Below, in pieces: positions 60,664 to 64,000 of a stretch of DNA of 64,000 nt (positions within the stretch are counted from its first letter, which is position 1; each line of letters opens with the position of its first letter). The position numbers and the translations under genes were made by a program. The notes under the pieces were generated by a model that worked only from the letters and a program-made list of their open reading frames with translations, was not told the DNA's origin and searched no databases. Source of the stretch: Hyalangium minutum (GTDB taxonomy: Bacteria > Myxococcota > Myxococcia > Myxococcales > Myxococcaceae); NCBI RefSeq assembly GCF_000737315.1, contig NZ_JMCB01000023.1:165169-229168 (forward strand). The letters run 5' to 3'.

Positions 60664-61932
60664 TCAGGAGGCCAGGGCCTGCCGCGCTCCCCCGGGCCCT
60701 ACCGGGATGCGCAAGCAGAACGCCGTGCCCCGAGGCGGGTTGTCCTCTACCCAGATCCACCCGCCGTGGGCCTCGACGGCCCTCCGGCAGAACGCCAGCC
60801 CCAAGCTGTTGCTGGCCCGAGCCCGGGCGGCGGTAGGCACGCCCTCGGGCAGGTAGTTCTCGAAGACATAGGGACGCGCGGCGGAGGGAATGCCCGGACC
60901 TTCGTCGCGCACCCGCACCTCCAGCAGGCCGGGCTCAGGCTGCGAGGCCTCCAGCGACACCTTCCCGCTCCCCAGCGCGGTGAAGCGGAACGAGTTGTCC
61001 AGCAGGTTGTCCAGCGTCCGCCGCAGCAGCTCCCGATCCAGCGTGACGAGCCGCTCCGACACCTGCACGCTGTGCGTGAACTGGCGGTGGGAGCCGTGGA
61101 CGCGCAGCGAGAAGTCCCGCGCCACCTCGGTCACCAGCCCGCGCACGTCGAACTCGCCCAGCTGCGGCGCCAAGGGCGAGTCCTCGCGCGCCGACTCCAC
61201 CAGATTGGTCACCAGCCGCTGAAGGCTCTCCGTGGACTCGCGGATCTGCCGCGCCGAGGTGCGCACCTCCTCCGGCAGCTGGGAGCGGCACAGCACCAGC
61301 GAGGCCTGCGCCTGGATCGAGCCCAGCGGCACCTGGATGTCCTTCGCCACCAGCTGCAGCAGCTCGTCCTTCTGCTTCTGCATCCGCGCCAGCGCATCCC
61401 GCTGCGAGCGGCCCTCCGCGTCGCGCCGCTCCAGCTCCTTCACCCGCAGGCGGAGCTGTAGCAGGGCCTCCACCTGCCGGCCCAGCACGCGCAGCACCTC
61501 GACCTGCTCCGGAGTGAGCTCGCGAGGCACATGGTCGATGACACAGAGCGTCCCCAGGTTGTGCCCGCTCATGCTCTTGAGCGGCGTGCCCGCATAGAAG
61601 CGCACGTGCGGCTCGCCGGTGACCAGTGGGTTGTCGTGGAAGCGCTCGTCCTGGAGCGCGTCCGGGACCATGAAGAGCTCATCCTGGAGGATGGCGTGAG
61701 AGCAGAAAGCCAGGCTCCGAGGCGTCTCAGAGGCATCTACCCCGACCTTCGACTTGAACCACTGCCGCGCCTGATCCACCAGGGACACCAGCGCCATGGG
61801 CGTGCCGCACAGGCGCGAGGCCAGCCGGGTCAGCTCGTCGAAGCCCACCTCGGGAGGCGTATCCAGAACGGAGTGTGCGTTCAGCGCCTCCAGGCGCTCG
61901 GTCTCGTTCGGGGGAAGGGGGGCGATCTTCAT
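60664..61932 (-). CDS. GAF-domain histidine kinase-like protein lacking the H-box histidine
   Basis: GAF domain (E.ERL.AL, FCSHAI, RFYAG.PL, GTLCVID); DHp reads AKDIQVPL; HATPase NLLDN, DEGPGI, LGLAFC; GGAGG RBS upstream. Confidence 0.85.
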   Translation of the reverse strand: MKIAPLPPNETERLEALNAHSVLDTPPEVGFDELTRLASRLCGTPMALVSLVDQARQWFKSKVGVDASETPRSLAFCSHAILQDELFMVPDALQDERFHDNPLVTGEPHVRFYAGTPLKSMSGHNLGTLCVIDHVPRELTPEQVEVLRVLGRQVEALLQLRLRVKELERRDAEGRSQRDALARMQKQKDELLQLVAKDIQVPLGSIQAQASLVLCRSQLPEEVRTSARQIRESTESLQRLVTNLVESAREDSPLAPQLGEFDVRGLVTEVARDFSLRVHGSHRQFTHSVQVSERLVTLDRELLRRTLDNLLDNSFRFTALGSGKVSLEASQPEPGLLEVRVRDEGPGIPSAARPYVFENYLPEGVPTAARARASNSLGLAFCRRAVEAHGGWIWVEDNPPRGTAFCLRIPVGPGGARQALAS

Positions 61933-62092
61933 AGGGGCAGTCCTGGGTGGAGGCACTGAACATAGGAACGACCTCCCTGATGAACAGTCCCCCCCACTCC
62001 AAGCGTCCCCGGGTCTCACCGGTGTGTTCACCAGTGTATGGTCGCCCCATGGGCCAGGGTCAGCACCGCATCCAGGGGCTCCCGGGCGGGAC

Positions 62093-62584
62093 TCACCGGA
62101 ACGAGTTGACGACGAAGGCCGAGGCACCGGCGTAGCCGAGGACAGCGGTTCCGGGCTTCGAGTCCGGCCGCTTTCTAAGCTCGTTACCTCCAAAGCGAGC
62201 TACTGCGCAGATGGGAACCGGGTCCCCATCTACCGGGTGAGCCTGATACCACCGGACGACAACCTGCGGACCGCCTGTCCACACTCGCCCGTAAAGACGG
62301 GTATTCGCTTCCAGAGTACCGAGTGCTCCCTCCAAGAGGCTCTCGACAGGGCCGTCATAGAGCGTGATCGGCTTCGCGTCGATCTGGTTCGCGTCCAGTT
62401 GCACGTCCGCAGAGTCACCCACGCGCATCCGGAGAATCCGCATCGTCTTGAGAGCCTCCTCGGAGCATTCTTCCGGCCCTGGGCTTCCGTCTGGACGAAG
62501 GGACACCCCGCCGGTTGCTTGGCAGCGCACAGACGAGACGAGGAGGAAGATTGAAAGAAGAAAGGGTGCTGTCGGCGAAGGCAT
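62093..62584 (-). CDS. Small exported (possibly lipo-) protein of the type found in DUF2381 loci
   Basis: Hydrophobic N-terminus with Cys; C..EA..TM..L, G.LYG..W, VPIC motifs resemble the C-terminal domain of myxobacterial DUF2381-linked kinases (from recall). Confidence 0.6.
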   Translation of the reverse strand: MPSPTAPFLLSIFLLVSSVRCQATGGVSLRPDGSPGPEECSEEALKTMRILRMRVGDSADVQLDANQIDAKPITLYDGPVESLLEGALGTLEANTRLYGRVWTGGPQVVVRWYQAHPVDGDPVPICAVARFGGNELRKRPDSKPGTAVLGYAGASAFVVNSFR

Positions 62585-62595
62585 GACCGTCGCTC

Positions 62596-63516
62596 TTAGT
62601 CACGGGCGAGGGCTGGATCCAGCACAACGAACAACTGCCGGTATCCGTCGTCCCGGTAGATCTCAAGCAGGAGGTCCTTGAACTCCGCGCCATCTTGAAA
62701 GGCGCTCTTGTCAGCAACAACGGCGACGTAACCGGTCGTACCTGAGGTGATCGCTTCACGGTCCGTGCGCACAGCAAACGGTTTGTCCTTCCAGCCGGAT
62801 ACCGTGTAGAGACGCGCCATCTTCATTTTCCAGGGCTGGTCCTCGCGGTTCGTAATTTTGAAGACGACCGCTGCTTTCCCGTTGCCCTTGAAGAGGCGGA
62901 CGACGAACTCAACATCCCCCTCCTGTAGGCGCCACTTGCGCCACTCACGGAAAGGTGTCTGCCGGGTAGCGTCTTTCGCCAGGAGCGCCGCGAGTGCGTG
63001 ATCAATGGAATCCTCTTGCTCGTAGCGCTCGACCTTCTCCCGAAGGTGCCGCTCCCTCTTGAGCGATTCGTAAAGGGACGCCTGCGCAGCGCTCGCCGAC
63101 TCGAGATTGCGGATCACGGTGACCTGTTGATCCGCCACCCGCCTGCCGTCGAGCGGTTGCTGTTCCGACGTGACGACAAAGGGGATCTCCAGGCCGTCAC
63201 TGACAGTGACGAGGAGCATGAAGCGGTCCCCAGGCTCGATGTCCCGGAGCGGTTCAAGGACTACCTTCTTGCCCCCCACCCAAAGGGGCTCAAACCACCC
63301 TTCCCAGCCGAGCATCCGTGTCTGCTCTGGATCGACTTCCTGCTCAAAGCGCAGCACTGTGGCCACGCGACCGGCGACGTAGATCTTATTGGCGGTCGTT
63401 GCTGGGTGCTCTGACAGATTAATGATCCTCTCGACTACATCAGGATCCTTTGCCAGGGCCACGGAAGCCCCAAGGACGAGAAGCAGGACAGAGCGGCAGG
63501 GCAGGAAGTCGACCAT
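62596..63516 (-). CDS. DUF2381 family protein (myxobacterial paralogous family)
   Basis: Signal peptide; IYVAGRVAT.LRF, FEPL..G, LEP..D....RF.L.VT..DG...PF, DHALAALLA, G..A.V.D motifs. Confidence 0.8.
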   Translation of the reverse strand: MVDFLPCRSVLLLVLGASVALAKDPDVVERIINLSEHPATTANKIYVAGRVATVLRFEQEVDPEQTRMLGWEGWFEPLWVGGKKVVLEPLRDIEPGDRFMLLVTVSDGLEIPFVVTSEQQPLDGRRVADQQVTVIRNLESASAAQASLYESLKRERHLREKVERYEQEDSIDHALAALLAKDATRQTPFREWRKWRLQEGDVEFVVRLFKGNGKAAVVFKITNREDQPWKMKMARLYTVSGWKDKPFAVRTDREAITSGTTGYVAVVADKSAFQDGAEFKDLLLEIYRDDGYRQLFVVLDPALARD

Positions 63517-63623
63517 GGCCCACCTAACCTAGCAGGATGGGAGGCAGGCAAACAACCTTTGAGGTGGGATTTATGCAATCGCCGAATCGAGCCTTCAAGG
63601 ACACGAACTAGGGGAATGCCATC

Positions 63624-63780
63624 ATGGCCGCTGAGCTTGACTGGGAACCCATTCGCGCAATGGGGCGACGAGTCATCGAGCGCGGTGAACCGCTCGAACT
63701 CTCGGACAAGGTACGCGCTCTCTTGCAGCGTTCCGCAGAAGAGGTATCGGTCTCTCCAGAGGACGCGGCGAGCGCTCTAA
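63624..63780 (+). pseudogene. DUSAM (DUF2379)-like gene truncated by IS insertion
   Basis: MAAELDWEPIRAM.RRV...EPL.L...R.LL.RSA.EV pattern; the frame runs into IS sequence after EDAASAL. Confidence 0.65.
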
Positions 63781-64000
63781 GTGCCTATCTCGGTAGGAAG
63801 TGGAACCAAGTGATGATGCCCAGAGCCAGGTGGAGCATAGCCAGGTAGGTGTCTTCGCGTTTCTCCCAGCGGATGAGGATCCTTCGGAAACGGTTCATCC
63901 AAGAGTGAGAGCGTTCCACCACCCAGCGGCGTGCCTTCTTACGGCGACTCTTTTTCGGGGGCGTAGCTGGAGGCCGCCGCGGGCGGATGTGCAAGCGCAG
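63778..64000 (-). mobile_element. IS5-family insertion sequence, one end only (runs off the window)
   Basis: Transposase C-terminus RWVVERSHSWMNRFRRILIRWEK...YLAMLHLA (stop at 63785). The element end lies at about 63778-63793 (TAA GTGCCTATCTCGG). Confidence 0.88.

Overview
High-GC window with myxobacterial (Cystobacterineae-like) gene content. A conserved backbone is recognisable: class II RNR nrdJ with tandem NrdR-like boxes; an LPS cluster (WbaP/WcaJ-type priming transferase, two GT4s, O-antigen ligase, lptG-lptF); purD and purH flanking a zinc-ribbon/TPR gene; asgB; pssA; prs. Accessory material is interleaved with it: an Ig-repeat lipoprotein plus a decayed paralog; a ferredoxin-arsC / CPA1 antiporter / divergent pstSCAB block; a giant MshEN-domain disordered protein; a lower-GC cassette of two paralogous TPR-like proteins and a PEGA-type kinase; a Met-rich exported protein; a Zn-finger/Ser-Thr kinase/CHASE2/degenerate-cyclase receptor and an orphan Flp-like pilin, both inside the LPS cluster; a fused EutB-EutC ethanolamine ammonia-lyase; a six-Ig-repeat lipoprotein ending in a CxxCH haem domain; a His-less GAF histidine kinase; and a DUF2381 module beside a DUSAM-like gene broken by an IS5-family element at the window edge. 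No rRNA, tRNA or CRISPR array was seen. The best candidates for undescribed biology are the kinase-CHASE2-pseudocyclase receptor, the Flp pilin next to the ligase, the Ig-stalk cytochrome c lipoprotein and the EutBC fusion. All family assignments come from reading motifs by eye; no database search was run.
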